Shown in pieces: positions 31,872-42,886 of a stretch of 64,000 nt of DNA (its first letter is position 1; each line of letters starts with the position of its first letter). Source of the stretch: Spirochaetales bacterium (GTDB taxonomy: Bacteria; Spirochaetota; Spirochaetia; Sphaerochaetales; Sphaerochaetaceae); assembly GCA_041798905.1 (NCBI GenBank), contig JBHCBD010000010.1:23200-87199 (forward strand). The letters run 5' to 3'. A program made the position numbers and the translations under genes. The notes under the pieces are model-generated. The model was given only the letters and a program-made list of their open reading frames with translations. It did not search any database and was not told the origin of the DNA.

Positions 31872-31920
31872 TAATGAACGCAGGACGGACACGCAATTAT
31901 TATCCAAACAAGAGGTTGTG

Positions 31921-34449
31921 TCAATCCTTCCTTCTGGCGTCCTCAAGAGACGAGTCCTTGCCGTTGCGATGGGCCACAGGGCAGCTTGATATATCCCATA
32001 TCCGGCTTGCGTATTCGGCGATGCTCCTGTCCGAGGAGAACTGCCCGCTCAAGGCTATGTTCATCACGCAGCGGCGGTTCCATTCATCCCGGTTGTCAGC
32101 ATAGAGCCTCATCGCCCTCTCATGCGCCTCAAAGTACATCCTCAGGTCGGCAAGCAGCATGAAACGATCCTTCCCGCTGCCGAATATCGCCTCTCGCAGA
32201 GGATCAAAGACGCGGGGCTCCGAGACATTGAAATATCCGGAAAGCAGAAGATCCACCATTTCCTTTATTGAATCATCGGAGAATATGAAATCGTACGGAT
32301 TATAGCCATCCCTCATCTGCCTGACCTGCTGCGCCGTATGGCCGAATATGAATATGTTGTCATCGCCCAGGACATCGGCCATCTCAACGTTCGCGCCGTC
32401 AAGGGTGCCTACAGTCATGGCGCCGTTCATCATGAACTTCATGTTGCCCGTTCCCGAGGCCTCCATGCCGGCGGTGGACAGCTGCTCGGAGATATCAGTG
32501 GCCGGAATCACGCGCTCCGCCATCGTGACGCGGTAATTGGGCATGAAATGAACAGCCAGCTTGCCATTGACAGCCGAGTCATGGTTTATGATCTGGCTCA
32601 GATTGCTTATGAATTTTATCGAAAGCTTCGCGTTGACATATCCCGGCGCCGCCTTGCCCCCAAACAGGAAAGTCGTCTTGGGGAAGGCATCGCGGTAGCT
32701 CTTGTCGTTCTTGAGCCGCATATATATAAGGAGTATGTCCATTGCATTAAGAAGCTGCCGCTTGTACTCATGTATGCGCTTGACCTGAACATCAAATATC
32801 GACTCAGGGTCAACTGCGATTCCGCATTCGCCTTTCAGGAAATCCGAGGCCCTGGCCTTGCAGGCTTTCTTGGCCTTGGCGAAATCATCACGGAAGCCCT
32901 TGTCCTCGGCAAATGGCGCGAGAGCTGAAATCTTGGAGAAATCGCTTATCCATCCGCCGCCGATCGCATCTGTTATAAGGGATGAAAGCTCCGGGTTGGC
33001 GGACAGCAGCCAGCGCCTCTGGGTCACACCGTTGGTGACATTGGTGAACCTGTCGGGGAATATCACGCTGAATTCGGGGAACATCTGGCTCTTGAGCAGA
33101 TCGCTGTGAAGCTGCGCCACTCCATTCGTGCAGTGGCTGCCCACTATCGCCAGATTAGCCATCCTGACCATCTTGGGGCTTGATTCCTCTATTATGCTCA
33201 CCTTCCTGATAGCCCCGTCGTTCATGGGGAAGAATGTCACGGCATGCTCCAGGAATCTTCTGTTTATCTCGTGGATTATCTGCATATGACGCGGCAGCAG
33301 GCTGCCCATCATGTCAACCGGCCACTTCTCCAACGCCTCGGGCATCAGAGTGTGATTCGTGTAGCCCATGACCTTCACTGTTATGTCCCAGGCCTCTTCC
33401 CAGTCCAGGTTCTCGACATCGACAAGAATCCTCATCAACTCGGCTATGGCTATGGACGGATGAGTGTCATTCAGCTGGATGGTGGCGAAATCGGGGAAGC
33501 TGCCCCAGGCCTTGACTTCGCGCTTGAACCTCCTGACAATATCGGCGAGGGCGCAGGCCACGAAGAAGTACTGCTGTTTCAGCCTGAGCACCTTCCCAAG
33601 GTATCCTGTGTCATTCGGATAAAGAACCTTGCTTATGTTCTCGGCTTGATTGCGCTCTTTCACAGCCTCGGTGTAATCGCCTTCGTTGAACTCCTTGAAG
33701 TTGAACTCATTAGCAGCCCGGGCCGAGAAAAGACGCAGGGTGTTCACTGTCTTGGCCTTGTACCCTATTATCGGCATATCGTAGGCGAGCCCCTGGACCA
33801 CCTCGGAGCCGACCCACTTGTAGTTGTCCCGGCCATGCTCCCTTATAACGCTCACGCTTCCGCCGAACTGAACCGGATAAACCAAGTCCGGCCTGCATAT
33901 CTCCCAGGGGTTGCCGTAGCCTGAGAGCCAGGAATCCGGAAGCTCCACTTGGTATCCATGCTGAATCTTCTGGTTGAAGATTCCATAGTCATATCGTATT
34001 CCGTATCCATAGGCGGGGATCTCCAGCGTGGCCATTGAATCCATGAAGCATGCGGCAAGACGCCCCAATCCCCCGTTTCCGAGTCCGGCGTCCTTCTCCA
34101 TCTCCTCAAGCTCCTCGTACTTATACCCGAGATTCTCAAGGGCTTTCCTCACGGGCTCCTTAAGTCCCATGTTGACTATGTTGCTGTTCATGGCCCGTCC
34201 CATCAGGAATTCAAGCGAAAGGTAGTATACCCGCTTCGCTGCGCAGCGTCTCTGGGTCTTGCGGCTCTCATCCCATTGATGGATTATCCTGTCCCTGATG
34301 GCCAAGGCCAGCGCCGCGAATCTGTTCTCATCAGTGGTATGATATATGTCGGCATCCATAGAGTACTTGAGCTGCTCGGCGAAATCCTTCTCTATCGCCT
34401 CCGCAGCAGGTGAAAATCTTGTATTCTGAACGGAACCATTATTCTCCAT
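31921..34449 (-). CDS. glgP: Glycogen/maltodextrin phosphorylase (GT35)
   Basis: 842 aa from MENNGSVQ (ATG at 34449, with a GAGGA SD). It has the PLP-lysine motif EASGTGNMKFMMNGA. The track ORF adds 27 aa upstream. Confidence 0.95.
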   Translation of the reverse strand: MENNGSVQNTRFSPAAEAIEKDFAEQLKYSMDADIYHTTDENRFAALALAIRDRIIHQWDESRKTQRRCAAKRVYYLSLEFLMGRAMNSNIVNMGLKEPVRKALENLGYKYEELEEMEKDAGLGNGGLGRLAACFMDSMATLEIPAYGYGIRYDYGIFNQKIQHGYQVELPDSWLSGYGNPWEICRPDLVYPVQFGGSVSVIREHGRDNYKWVGSEVVQGLAYDMPIIGYKAKTVNTLRLFSARAANEFNFKEFNEGDYTEAVKERNQAENISKVLYPNDTGYLGKVLRLKQQYFFVACALADIVRRFKREVKAWGSFPDFATIQLNDTHPSIAIAELMRILVDVENLDWEEAWDITVKVMGYTNHTLMPEALEKWPVDMMGSLLPRHMQIIHEINRRFLEHAVTFFPMNDGAIRKVSIIEESSPKMVRMANLAIVGSHCTNGVAQLHSDLLKSQMFPEFSVIFPDRFTNVTNGVTQRRWLLSANPELSSLITDAIGGGWISDFSKISALAPFAEDKGFRDDFAKAKKACKARASDFLKGECGIAVDPESIFDVQVKRIHEYKRQLLNAMDILLIYMRLKNDKSYRDAFPKTTFLFGGKAAPGYVNAKLSIKFISNLSQIINHDSAVNGKLAVHFMPNYRVTMAERVIPATDISEQLSTAGMEASGTGNMKFMMNGAMTVGTLDGANVEMADVLGDDNIFIFGHTAQQVRQMRDGYNPYDFIFSDDSIKEMVDLLLSGYFNVSEPRVFDPLREAIFGSGKDRFMLLADLRMYFEAHERAMRLYADNRDEWNRRCVMNIALSGQFSSDRSIAEYASRIWDISSCPVAHRNGKDSSLEDARRKD

Positions 34450-34631
34450 GAAGAAATCCTCGCTTGTTGCAAATCGTGCCGATTTGCCTTGCTTGTCACG
34501 CAACAGCCAATCGCAGTAACAATATATCACAAACTGCGGACTGTTGGAATTATTTTAAGAAACCCAGAGGCCGGATATCATAATTATTTATGATAGGGAA
34601 TATTGCCATAATGGTTTTTATAAGAATACAC

Positions 34632-35399
34632 TCAATTCAAAAAAGGAATCTGAGAAATCGCCCACAGAAGCACGGGAGCCAGAGCCAGAGATGGAAGGAA
34701 ATTGGCCGTCTTGAATCTCCGCAGCCCCAGCAGCCCCAAGCCAATCATCATAAGCAGAATCCCTCCTGCGGCGGCAAGCTCGTTTATTCCGGCTTCCCCA
34801 ATCAAGGGCTCTATCCATCCGCCTGCCAGTGTGAAGAAGCCCTGATAAACAAGGATGAAGAGGGAGGAGAAAGCCACGCCTATTCCGTATGCGGCGCCAA
34901 ACACTATGGCCATGCAGCCGTCCATGATCGATTTGACCAGCAGCGTCTGATACTCCCCTGCCGTGCCCGCCTGGATGGAGCCGACCACAGTCATGGCCCC
35001 TGAGCAGAAGAGAATCGATGCGCTCATGAAGCCCTGGGCAAAAGCCGATCCTCCCTCCATCCTGCCCGTCTCTTCCGCTTCGGAAACCGTTTCAACGCGG
35101 CGCGCCTTCTTATCACTCCGGGCAAGCCGCTCCAGCTTCTCCCCCGCGGCAAGCACTCCCTCCTCTATGTGCAGGGCATATCCTATTCCGCCGCCGACCA
35201 TCATCGACAGAATCAGCGACACGGCATTTGCAGATTCCAATGCCATCTTGATTCCAAGGACTATCGTCACAAGTCCGCTTGAGGCCATGACTATCTCCTT
35301 GAATTTCTCGGAGACCCTTGAGCGCAGCATCAATCCTATCAACGCTCCGGCAATCACGGCAATGCAATTCACATATGTAGCTATCATCTTGAAATGCAA
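34632..35399 (-). CDS. DUF554 (YqgA/YdfK-like) membrane protein
   Basis: 255-aa polytopic ORF matching the DUF554 pattern (N-terminal IxNxxAVIxGxLIGL, central FCSGAMTVVGSIQ, YQGFFTL). It carries a charged roughly 35-aa insert in the central loop. Confidence 0.75.
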   Translation of the reverse strand: MHFKMIATYVNCIAVIAGALIGLMLRSRVSEKFKEIVMASSGLVTIVLGIKMALESANAVSLILSMMVGGGIGYALHIEEGVLAAGEKLERLARSDKKARRVETVSEAEETGRMEGGSAFAQGFMSASILFCSGAMTVVGSIQAGTAGEYQTLLVKSIMDGCMAIVFGAAYGIGVAFSSLFILVYQGFFTLAGGWIEPLIGEAGINELAAAGGILLMMIGLGLLGLRRFKTANFLPSLALAPVLLWAISQIPFLN

Positions 35400-35437
35400 G
35401 TATAATGATTATCAAATCGTTCAACAAGGAGCAGAGC

Positions 35438-36043
35438 ATGGATTTCATCATTCTTGCAGCAGGCGTATCCTCAAGATTCCAAGAGGCGAACAAGCTCCTT
35501 ATCCCATACAACGGGGCTCCGCTCTGCCTCCACTGCGTTAATCACGTCATTGATGCAATGGACATGAAGAAGGATGAGCTGATCATCGTCACGGGCTTTG
35601 AATCAGATAAGATACGCGCTGCTCTTTCAGCTTCCCCCAGAGTGAGCGAGGGGCTGCGCTCAGGGAGCATACGATTTGCGCTCAATCCCCGTTATGAGAT
35701 GGGACAGTTCTCCTCCACAAAGACGGGAGCCGCAGCCATATCCGGGAACAGCCCGTTCTTCATCACGCTCTGCGACCTTCCACTTCTGAACTCCAGATGC
35801 TTTCTGGCCTTGGTGCCGTTTCTGGCCGGTCATGACGCCGTCAGGCCGTTCTCAGAAGGCAAGCCGGGACACCCCGTGCTCCTCTCCGGCAGGATGCGCT
35901 CCACAATACTTTCAAGTGACGATGACCTGTCCGTCAGAAAGCTTCTGGAAGGCAGGGATGTATGCAATCTTGAAGTGGAAGGCTCTGAATGGACAACCGA
36001 CATCGACACTGCGCTGGATTATAGAAGGATTGCGGATTGCTAA
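35438..36043 (+). CDS. MobA/MocA-like nucleotidyltransferase family protein
   Basis: MDFIILAAGVSSRF... (the GxSxR nucleotide-binding N-terminus), LCDLP and GHPVL motifs as in MocA-type cytidylyltransferases. An AAGGAG SD precedes the ATG at 35438. Confidence 0.7.
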   Translation: MDFIILAAGVSSRFQEANKLLIPYNGAPLCLHCVNHVIDAMDMKKDELIIVTGFESDKIRAALSASPRVSEGLRSGSIRFALNPRYEMGQFSSTKTGAAAISGNSPFFITLCDLPLLNSRCFLALVPFLAGHDAVRPFSEGKPGHPVLLSGRMRSTILSSDDDLSVRKLLEGRDVCNLEVEGSEWTTDIDTALDYRRIADC

Positions 36044-36160
36044 AGAACCAGACCATGCCTTCGCCAGGCGATAAGCATCTTTTGCACGGAACAGATCCGT
36101 TTTCCCGTGGGTTGCGGTTTTTGCGGCTGCATCACTTCTTCTGGCTTAGAAGATACATGA

Positions 36161-37162
36161 TCATGTTTCAATCAGCGCATTAAGCAACGAATCCGGATCC
36201 ACCGCCGCGTTGTTCACCTTCGCCTCAGTCAGCTTGATCGAGAGTCCGACATATTCCTCGAAAACTGCCAACTTTGAGTCTTCATCGTCATCGAAGAGGT
36301 CATCGAGACCATTGATCCACGCTTCAAGGTCATTGATTGACTTGTCTTCTTTCAGGGACGCTTTGAAGGAAATCGAATCTTCTCCGACTCTGAGCCTTAA
36401 ATCCACGTTCATTCCGCCCTTGACGTTCGCTGTCCTTTTGCCATTTGCGAACGAAGTGCCTGCAGACGACAGGTCACCATTTGCGCTCAAACTCAGCTCT
36501 GCGTCTTTTCCATTTATTTTTGTCTTAATCTCAAAGTCAAGTTTCTTCAGCGTTCCCGAAGCATTGGCCGCAAGGCTCTCGGAAAGAATCGCCCCAAAGT
36601 CGAAATCATCTTCGCTGAAAGGAGAGACGTCAATTCCGATTTTGTTCACAATATTCTCAATGGCGTCTTCAGCGGCAAGTTCAATTGCTTCCCCATTGAC
36701 TGTGATCGTCCCGCCAGGCTCCCCCGAAATCAAGTCTTCGCTCTTTATGTCAACTAACACGCTGGAGGTCTTCGGCTCTCCACCGGCCTCTGCTGAAGGA
36801 CCGGTCAGATCTGCTGAAGCCTTAAGGGCGTCAAGACTCAAGACCCCAGGTTTGTCCCCGTCGTCCTTTAACTTATATGCCATAGATAACTCGGCTATTT
36901 TGAGATCGATCGAGTATTCTCCTTCTCCAATCGTGAATGAAGCCTTGGCATTCGCCGTCAAACCACATGAAATGCCAATATCAACGACCGCATCCCCATC
37001 AGGCCCTTCAAAGAATGCGGTGACTACTCCCTTGGCCGTCTCACTCTGACTGGCTGTGATTTCCGGAGCCTTTGGTTCAGGCTTGCATGAAATCAGAACC
37101 GACAACGCAAGCAACAGAATAAGAATCACTGCAAACCCTTTGAAAATCGTTTTTCCCTTCAT
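36161..37162 (-). CDS. Predicted lipoprotein, function unknown
   Basis: MKGKTIFKGFAVILILLLALSVLISC has a signal peptide and a lipobox-like LISC. The mature part is acidic and Ser/Asp/Glu-rich, with no domain I recognise. The start was chosen at the ATG at 37162 after a GAAGGAAG SD. Confidence 0.65.
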   Translation of the reverse strand: MKGKTIFKGFAVILILLLALSVLISCKPEPKAPEITASQSETAKGVVTAFFEGPDGDAVVDIGISCGLTANAKASFTIGEGEYSIDLKIAELSMAYKLKDDGDKPGVLSLDALKASADLTGPSAEAGGEPKTSSVLVDIKSEDLISGEPGGTITVNGEAIELAAEDAIENIVNKIGIDVSPFSEDDFDFGAILSESLAANASGTLKKLDFEIKTKINGKDAELSLSANGDLSSAGTSFANGKRTANVKGGMNVDLRLRVGEDSISFKASLKEDKSINDLEAWINGLDDLFDDDEDSKLAVFEEYVGLSIKLTEAKVNNAAVDPDSLLNALIET

Positions 37163-37342
37163 TATCACTTCCTTCTGATATGGGTTGGATGCGTCAACGT
37201 ACCCCGAAAAACTCCTTCGATTCGATTCGATTCTGCACGTCCTCTGCATATCACATAGTGTGAGTTTACCCCTCTCCTGGCCCCCTATCAATTTTTTTAT
37301 ATTGCCCTTGCCTATTTAATCTGCTACAACTTAGTTGTCCCA

Positions 37343-38707
37343 ATGCACAGAGCAACCACAATGGATATGACCGATGGGGTCATATGGAAACAGATAATAG
37401 CATTCTCTCTGCCGCTGCTGGCCGGAAACATATTCCAGCAATTCTACAACACTGTGGACAGCATCGTTGTGGGCAATTTCGTCGGAGCCCATGCGCTCGG
37501 CGCCGTCACCTCGGTGACTGCACCTATAAACACATTGATCGGATTCTTTCTGGGGCTTTCCACCGGGGCAAGCGTCGTCATATCGCAGCGATTCGGCGCA
37601 GGTTCCATCCAGTCGATGCGCAAGGCAATACACACAGCGATGATTCTGTCTATGGCGATCGGCCTTGCACTGACATTCTCCGGAGTCCTGGTGACTCCCT
37701 TTCTGCTGCGCGCAATGAAGACCCCTGAGGAAATCTACCCGGAGGCTCTTACGTATCTTCGCATATATTTCAGCGGAATCCTCGGGCTGACAGTCTACAA
37801 CATGGGCGCTGCGATTCTGCGCGCTGTCGGGGATTCAAGGCGGCCGCTTTTCTTTCTGGTGATGTCATCAATCCTGAATGTGATATTTGACCTGTTCTTC
37901 GTCATCGCTCTGAAGCTGGGCGTGGCCGGAGTTGGATATGCGACTATTCTAAGCCAATTCATATCATGCCTGCTTATCCTCCGGCTCCTGATGCGGTCAT
38001 CGGAATGCTACAGCCTGAAGGCCGGCGAGATGAAGCCTGACATTCCATCTCTCAAGCTCATCTTCAAAATCGGAGTCCCCGCAGGATTGCAGATGGCAAT
38101 CACCGCTTTCTCAAACGTGTTCGTCCAGTCCTACATAAACAGCTTCGGAGCGGCAAGCACATCGGGCTGGGGGGTTTATGCAAGGGTCGACTCATTCCTG
38201 AACCTGCCCCGCCGGAGCATCAGCATATCGGTGACCACCTTTGTGGGGCAGAACGCCGGCGCCCGGAAGGTCAACAGGATAAAGCAGGGCATAAGAACGG
38301 CGTTATTCATATCGCTCGCCATGACGGCAGTCATGTCAAGCCTGCTTGCAATCTGGGCGCCGCAGATAATATCGTTGTTCAACAGAGATGAGGATGTTCT
38401 CCGCTTCGGCACGCTTTTCATGCGCCTGCTGATGCCGCTGTCTTTTCTCTGCTGCTTCAATCTCATCCACGCGGGGGCATTGCGCGGAATCGGCAACGCC
38501 CGCGCCCCTATGCTGATAATGCTCGGATCTTTCGTGGTGTTCAGGCAGATTTATCTGGCCCTCGTGACACGGCTCACCACATCTGTGCAGGCGGTGGCCC
38601 TGGGCTATCCCGCCGGCTGGGTCGTCTGCTCGGCGATAATGTACCTTTACTTCAGATTCTCAGGCTGGGAGCGGAAAGTCGCCGCCCAGCCTTCCGAAAA
38701 GAACTGA
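37343..38707 (+). CDS. MATE family efflux transporter
   Basis: 454-aa ORF with 12 predicted TM segments and a typical MATE N-terminus (IWKQIIAFSLPLLAGNIFQQFYNTVDSIVVG). Confidence 0.88.
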   Translation: MHRATTMDMTDGVIWKQIIAFSLPLLAGNIFQQFYNTVDSIVVGNFVGAHALGAVTSVTAPINTLIGFFLGLSTGASVVISQRFGAGSIQSMRKAIHTAMILSMAIGLALTFSGVLVTPFLLRAMKTPEEIYPEALTYLRIYFSGILGLTVYNMGAAILRAVGDSRRPLFFLVMSSILNVIFDLFFVIALKLGVAGVGYATILSQFISCLLILRLLMRSSECYSLKAGEMKPDIPSLKLIFKIGVPAGLQMAITAFSNVFVQSYINSFGAASTSGWGVYARVDSFLNLPRRSISISVTTFVGQNAGARKVNRIKQGIRTALFISLAMTAVMSSLLAIWAPQIISLFNRDEDVLRFGTLFMRLLMPLSFLCCFNLIHAGALRGIGNARAPMLIMLGSFVVFRQIYLALVTRLTTSVQAVALGYPAGWVVCSAIMYLYFRFSGWERKVAAQPSEKN

Positions 38708-38719
38708 TTCCACATCCTC

Positions 38720-41299
38720 CTAATGCTGACCGGAGATGGACAGATTGCCGCCGGATACATCCAGATGTATTGCGCTTCCTTCGCCGAAAGCGCCGGAGAG
38801 CAGCTTCAACGCCAGCGGGTTCTCTATTTCGTTGACGAGAGTCCTCTTTATCGGCCGTGCGCCGAAATCGGGGCTGAAGCCCTTGTCCTCTATCATCTGA
38901 GCTACAGCGGGGGTCCACGAAAGCGTGAAGCCCTTCGCCGCGACACGCGATGCAAGCTGAGAAAGCTGAAGCTCCACTATCCTGCCTATAGCCTGACGAT
39001 CAAGACGATTGAACACTATTATCTCATCTATCCGGTTGATGAACTCCGGCTTGAAGCTATGGCGTATTATCTCAAGAACGCGCGATCTGGCCTCATCGAA
39101 GCTGGCGCTGCCCAGAATCTCCGAAGAACCAAGGTTGCTTGTCATTATGACTATCGTGTTGCGGAAGTCCACAACCCGTCCCTGCCCATCGGTGAGACGC
39201 CCGTCATCAAGCAGCTGGAGCAGGATGTTGAACACATCCGGATGAGCTTTCTCGATTTCATCAAACAGTATCACGGAGTAAGGCCTTCTGCGGACTATCT
39301 CGGTAAGCTGTCCGCCCTGGTCGTATCCAACGTACCCGGGAGGCGCTCCTATCAGGCGGGAAACCGAGAATTTCTCCATGTATTCGCTCATGTCAATCCG
39401 CGCAAGCGCTTTCTCGCTGTCAAACAGGAAATCAGCCAGCACCTTGGCAAGCTCCGTCTTGCCGACTCCCGTGGGGCCGGCGAAGAGGAATGAGCCGAGA
39501 GGCCTGTTCTGATCGCTCAAGCCTGTCTTGTTACGTCTGATCGCATTGGACACCGCGCTGACCGCCTCATTCTGCCCTATGACCTTCTCGTGGAGTATCT
39601 CCTCAAGCCTCAGGCACTTCGCCATCTCGCCGGAGAGCATCTTGCCCACCGGGATTCCGGTCCACGTTGAAACGACCTTGGCTATGTCCTCCTCCCCGAC
39701 CTCTTCACGCAGCAGGGAGCCTTTCTCCTGGATCCTCTTGAGGCTGTCGCTCATAGACGCCACCTTTGCGTTCAGCTCAGGAATCCGGCCATGCTTTATC
39801 TCCGCCGCCTTGCCGAGGTTCCCTTCGCGCTCCGCCAGAACCTCATCGGTCTTGAGCTTCTCAATCTCCGCCTTGGTGGCACGTATCCCGTCTATTATGT
39901 TCTTCTCGTTCTCCCACTTAAGATGCATGGCCGAACGTTTCTCGCCAAGTTCGGCAAGCTCGCCGCTTATCTTCTCAAGCTGCTTTGCGGAGTTCGGGTC
40001 AGTCTCCTTCGAAAGCGCCTGCTTCTCTATGTTAAGCTGAAGCATCCTGCGTTCAATCTTGTCAAGCTCAACAGGCTGGCTCTCTATCTCCATCTTGAGC
40101 TGGCTGGCGGCTTCATCCACGAGATCGATAGCCTTGTCAGGGAGGAAGCGGCTTGTGATGTAACGGTTTGAAAGCACCGCCGCCGCCACAAGCGCATCGT
40201 CCTTTATCCGAACCCCATGATGAACCTCATAACGTTCCTTTATGCCCCTGAGAATCGCAATCGTATCCTCTACGGAGGGTTCGTTGGCATAAACCGGCTG
40301 GAAACGCCTTTCCAGGGCCTTGTCTTTCTCTATATACTTGCGATACTCATCAAGCGTGGTGGCTCCCACAGTATGCAGCTCACCCCTTGCAAGCGCAGGC
40401 TTTATGAGATTGGATGCATCGGTGGAACCTTCGGCAGCCCCCGCTCCGACTATGGTGTGAAGCTCATCTATGAACAGGATTATCTGCCCCTCGCTCTTGG
40501 CGACGTCGTTTATAACCGCCTTGAGGCGCTCCTCGAACTCGCCCCGGTATTTCGCGCCGGCAACAAGCCGCCCAAGGTCAAGCTCCAGCAACCTCTTGCC
40601 CTTCAGCGAGTCCGGGACATCCTTTGAAACAATGCGCTCGGCAAGACCTTCCACTATCGCCGTCTTGCCCACCCCGGGCTCTCCGATCAGAACCGGATTG
40701 TTCTTTGTCTTGCGGGAAAGCACCTGCATGACCCTGCGTATCTCTTCATCCCTTCCGATGACCGGATCAAGCTTGCCGCTTCCGGCAAGCGCCGTTATGT
40801 CCTTGCAGTATTTGTCAAGCGCGCCGTATTTGCTCTCGGCGTCCTCATCGGTGACCCGCTGATTGCCCCTGAGAGACCTCAGCGCCTCAAGCATCTGCTC
40901 TCTTCTAAGGCCGAACTTGCGGAAAAGCGCCCCAACCGAGTCATTCTCATCCGCCATGGCCAAGATTATATGGTCAGTGCTTATGAATTCATCCTTCATG
41001 GACGCCGCCTCATCCTGGCTTCTGGACAGAACATTGTTCAGATGGCTGGAAATCACAGCCCCCGAATTGGAACCATAGCTCTTGGGGTTCTTTTCAATAA
41101 GCACTCTAAGCTCGGAGACAAACACGTTCGGGTCTGTCCCCAGCTTCTCCAGCAGGCTGCGCGCCATGCCATTCTCCTGCATAAGGAAGCTGTACATCAG
41201 ATGCTCGCAGCCTATCTCAGCGTTGTTGCTCTTCGCAGCAAGGGCCTGGGCATCTGTGATGGCTTCCTTGACCTTCACTGTGAATCTATCAAATTCCAT
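38720..41299 (-). CDS. clpB: ATP-dependent chaperone ClpB
   Basis: 859-aa ORF with two AAA+ modules (GEPGVGKT and GPTGVGKT Walker A motifs), a coiled-coil middle domain and a Clp N-domain. Confidence 0.96.
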   Translation of the reverse strand: MEFDRFTVKVKEAITDAQALAAKSNNAEIGCEHLMYSFLMQENGMARSLLEKLGTDPNVFVSELRVLIEKNPKSYGSNSGAVISSHLNNVLSRSQDEAASMKDEFISTDHIILAMADENDSVGALFRKFGLRREQMLEALRSLRGNQRVTDEDAESKYGALDKYCKDITALAGSGKLDPVIGRDEEIRRVMQVLSRKTKNNPVLIGEPGVGKTAIVEGLAERIVSKDVPDSLKGKRLLELDLGRLVAGAKYRGEFEERLKAVINDVAKSEGQIILFIDELHTIVGAGAAEGSTDASNLIKPALARGELHTVGATTLDEYRKYIEKDKALERRFQPVYANEPSVEDTIAILRGIKERYEVHHGVRIKDDALVAAAVLSNRYITSRFLPDKAIDLVDEAASQLKMEIESQPVELDKIERRMLQLNIEKQALSKETDPNSAKQLEKISGELAELGEKRSAMHLKWENEKNIIDGIRATKAEIEKLKTDEVLAEREGNLGKAAEIKHGRIPELNAKVASMSDSLKRIQEKGSLLREEVGEEDIAKVVSTWTGIPVGKMLSGEMAKCLRLEEILHEKVIGQNEAVSAVSNAIRRNKTGLSDQNRPLGSFLFAGPTGVGKTELAKVLADFLFDSEKALARIDMSEYMEKFSVSRLIGAPPGYVGYDQGGQLTEIVRRRPYSVILFDEIEKAHPDVFNILLQLLDDGRLTDGQGRVVDFRNTIVIMTSNLGSSEILGSASFDEARSRVLEIIRHSFKPEFINRIDEIIVFNRLDRQAIGRIVELQLSQLASRVAAKGFTLSWTPAVAQMIEDKGFSPDFGARPIKRTLVNEIENPLALKLLSGAFGEGSAIHLDVSGGNLSISGQH

Positions 41300-41383
41300 T
41301 AATCACTCCTCGTCATCGGGCTTGCAGCCCAATATCCATCATAACAAAATCTAATAAAACCGAGGGCAATAGGCAACAAAGCA

Positions 41384-42847
41384 CTATGAGCAGACTTGAT
41401 TGATGAACGTTATATAGAAGCAAAGCGCCCGGCCTATGTTGTCCAGGCTTATCCTCTCGTCCGTCCCATGCATCCTGCCAAGCTCTCCGAAATCCATCAA
41501 GGCAGGCGTGAACCTGTATATGTGTTCAGACACGCAGGCGTAGTTCCTCGCATCGGTCGCCCCTGCCATGCAGTAAGGGACAGTGATCGTCCCGCTGAAA
41601 ACGGCGCTTATGACTGATTCCAAATCCCTGAACTGACTGCAATCAACCGGAGACGCTTCGCTTTGGAGAACAGGCTTGCCGTGAAGGGAAACAGATACCC
41701 TCTTGTCCTTTATCATCCGCCTGGCCCAGCGCATCACCGCTTCTCCGTCATCATCCCCCAGCAGCCTGAAATTGACTATGGCGCTTGCTTCCTCTGGAAT
41801 CACATTGCAGGCATCCGAGCCCTTGCACATCGTGGCGGCATGAGTGGTCCTGACAAAGGCGGCCATATTGGGAGCGGAGCCCAACGCTTTCAGAACAAGC
41901 GGCCTGGTCAGCCAAAGGTTAGAGAAGAGCAGAGAAACCATGCCGGTCGAAGCAGCCCCGGCGGTGAGCAGAAACCGCTTCATGGGCATCACAAGGCGAG
42001 ATGGCATCTGACGGCTTTCCAGCCGGCCCAAGGCCCTGCCCAGTATCCCCACCGAAGTGGGATTGTCAGGCGTGGAGCTATGTCCGCCGTGCTTGCGCAC
42101 TTCCAGCAGAAGATTTGCATTTCCTTTCTCGGCTATCCCGACAGCCGCGGCGGGAGAATCAATCTGCTTCATCAGCGATTCCATCACCGCGCCGCCCTCG
42201 TCGAGAACCATGTGAAAATGCATCCCTTGAGCAGAAAAGCGCTTTGCAATCACCGCTGCGGAATCCCCTCTGACCTCTTCATTGCAGCCGAACGCTGCAA
42301 ACACCGTCCGCTGAGGCACGAAGCCCTCTCCGAGAAGCTTCTCCATGGCAGAAAGAATCCCCGCTATCTGCAGCTTTACATCAAACGAACCGCGTCCCCA
42401 GACAAATCCGTCTGCGATTTCACCATCAAACGGCCCATGGGTCCATTCAGAGCTGCCACCCGGCGGGACGACATCCTGATGAGCCGTGAGCAGGACAGGC
42501 TCCAATGACGCATCCGCACCATCCCATCGGTAGACAAGAGCCGCCGTTCCGACAATCTCCATATCAAGCTTTTGATGAACAAGCGGGAAAGCTTCGGCCA
42601 GCTCACGCCGCAGACGGTCAAACTCCGTCCAATCCATCAGAGACTCATCGGAGTATGAAACAGTCCGGCATCGGACAATGCGGGCAAGAACATCCGCGGT
42701 CTTGCTCTTGTCTTCTTCAGACGCCTGGACAAGCCTGGCCGGCAACGGCCTTGACGCCTTCCATGATTTCCTGCGCATGAGAGCAATCAGTGCCGCCAAA
42801 GCGTATAATAGAGCAAAAAAACCTATTATTATTGCAATAAGAGCCAT
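41384..42847 (-). CDS. M20 family metallopeptidase with an N-terminal membrane anchor
   Basis: 487-aa ORF with an N-terminal TM helix and M20 motifs (LLTAHQDVVP, WGRGSFDVK, NEEV). Confidence 0.8.
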   Translation of the reverse strand: MALIAIIIGFFALLYALAALIALMRRKSWKASRPLPARLVQASEEDKSKTADVLARIVRCRTVSYSDESLMDWTEFDRLRRELAEAFPLVHQKLDMEIVGTAALVYRWDGADASLEPVLLTAHQDVVPPGGSSEWTHGPFDGEIADGFVWGRGSFDVKLQIAGILSAMEKLLGEGFVPQRTVFAAFGCNEEVRGDSAAVIAKRFSAQGMHFHMVLDEGGAVMESLMKQIDSPAAAVGIAEKGNANLLLEVRKHGGHSSTPDNPTSVGILGRALGRLESRQMPSRLVMPMKRFLLTAGAASTGMVSLLFSNLWLTRPLVLKALGSAPNMAAFVRTTHAATMCKGSDACNVIPEEASAIVNFRLLGDDDGEAVMRWARRMIKDKRVSVSLHGKPVLQSEASPVDCSQFRDLESVISAVFSGTITVPYCMAGATDARNYACVSEHIYRFTPALMDFGELGRMHGTDERISLDNIGRALCFYITFINQVCS

Positions 42848-42886
42848 CTGCCGCCTTTCTCTTTATGAAAATCCTTTTATAAAGGT

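Noticed and set aside
41300-41383. Looked for a CIRCE/HrcA operator (TTAGCACTC-N9-GAGTGCTAA) or other heat-shock element upstream of clpB.
   Set aside because: No CIRCE-like inverted repeat is present. There is only a possible TTGCCT-17-TAGATT promoter and a small GGGCT-GCA-AGCCC hairpin, which is too weak to call.
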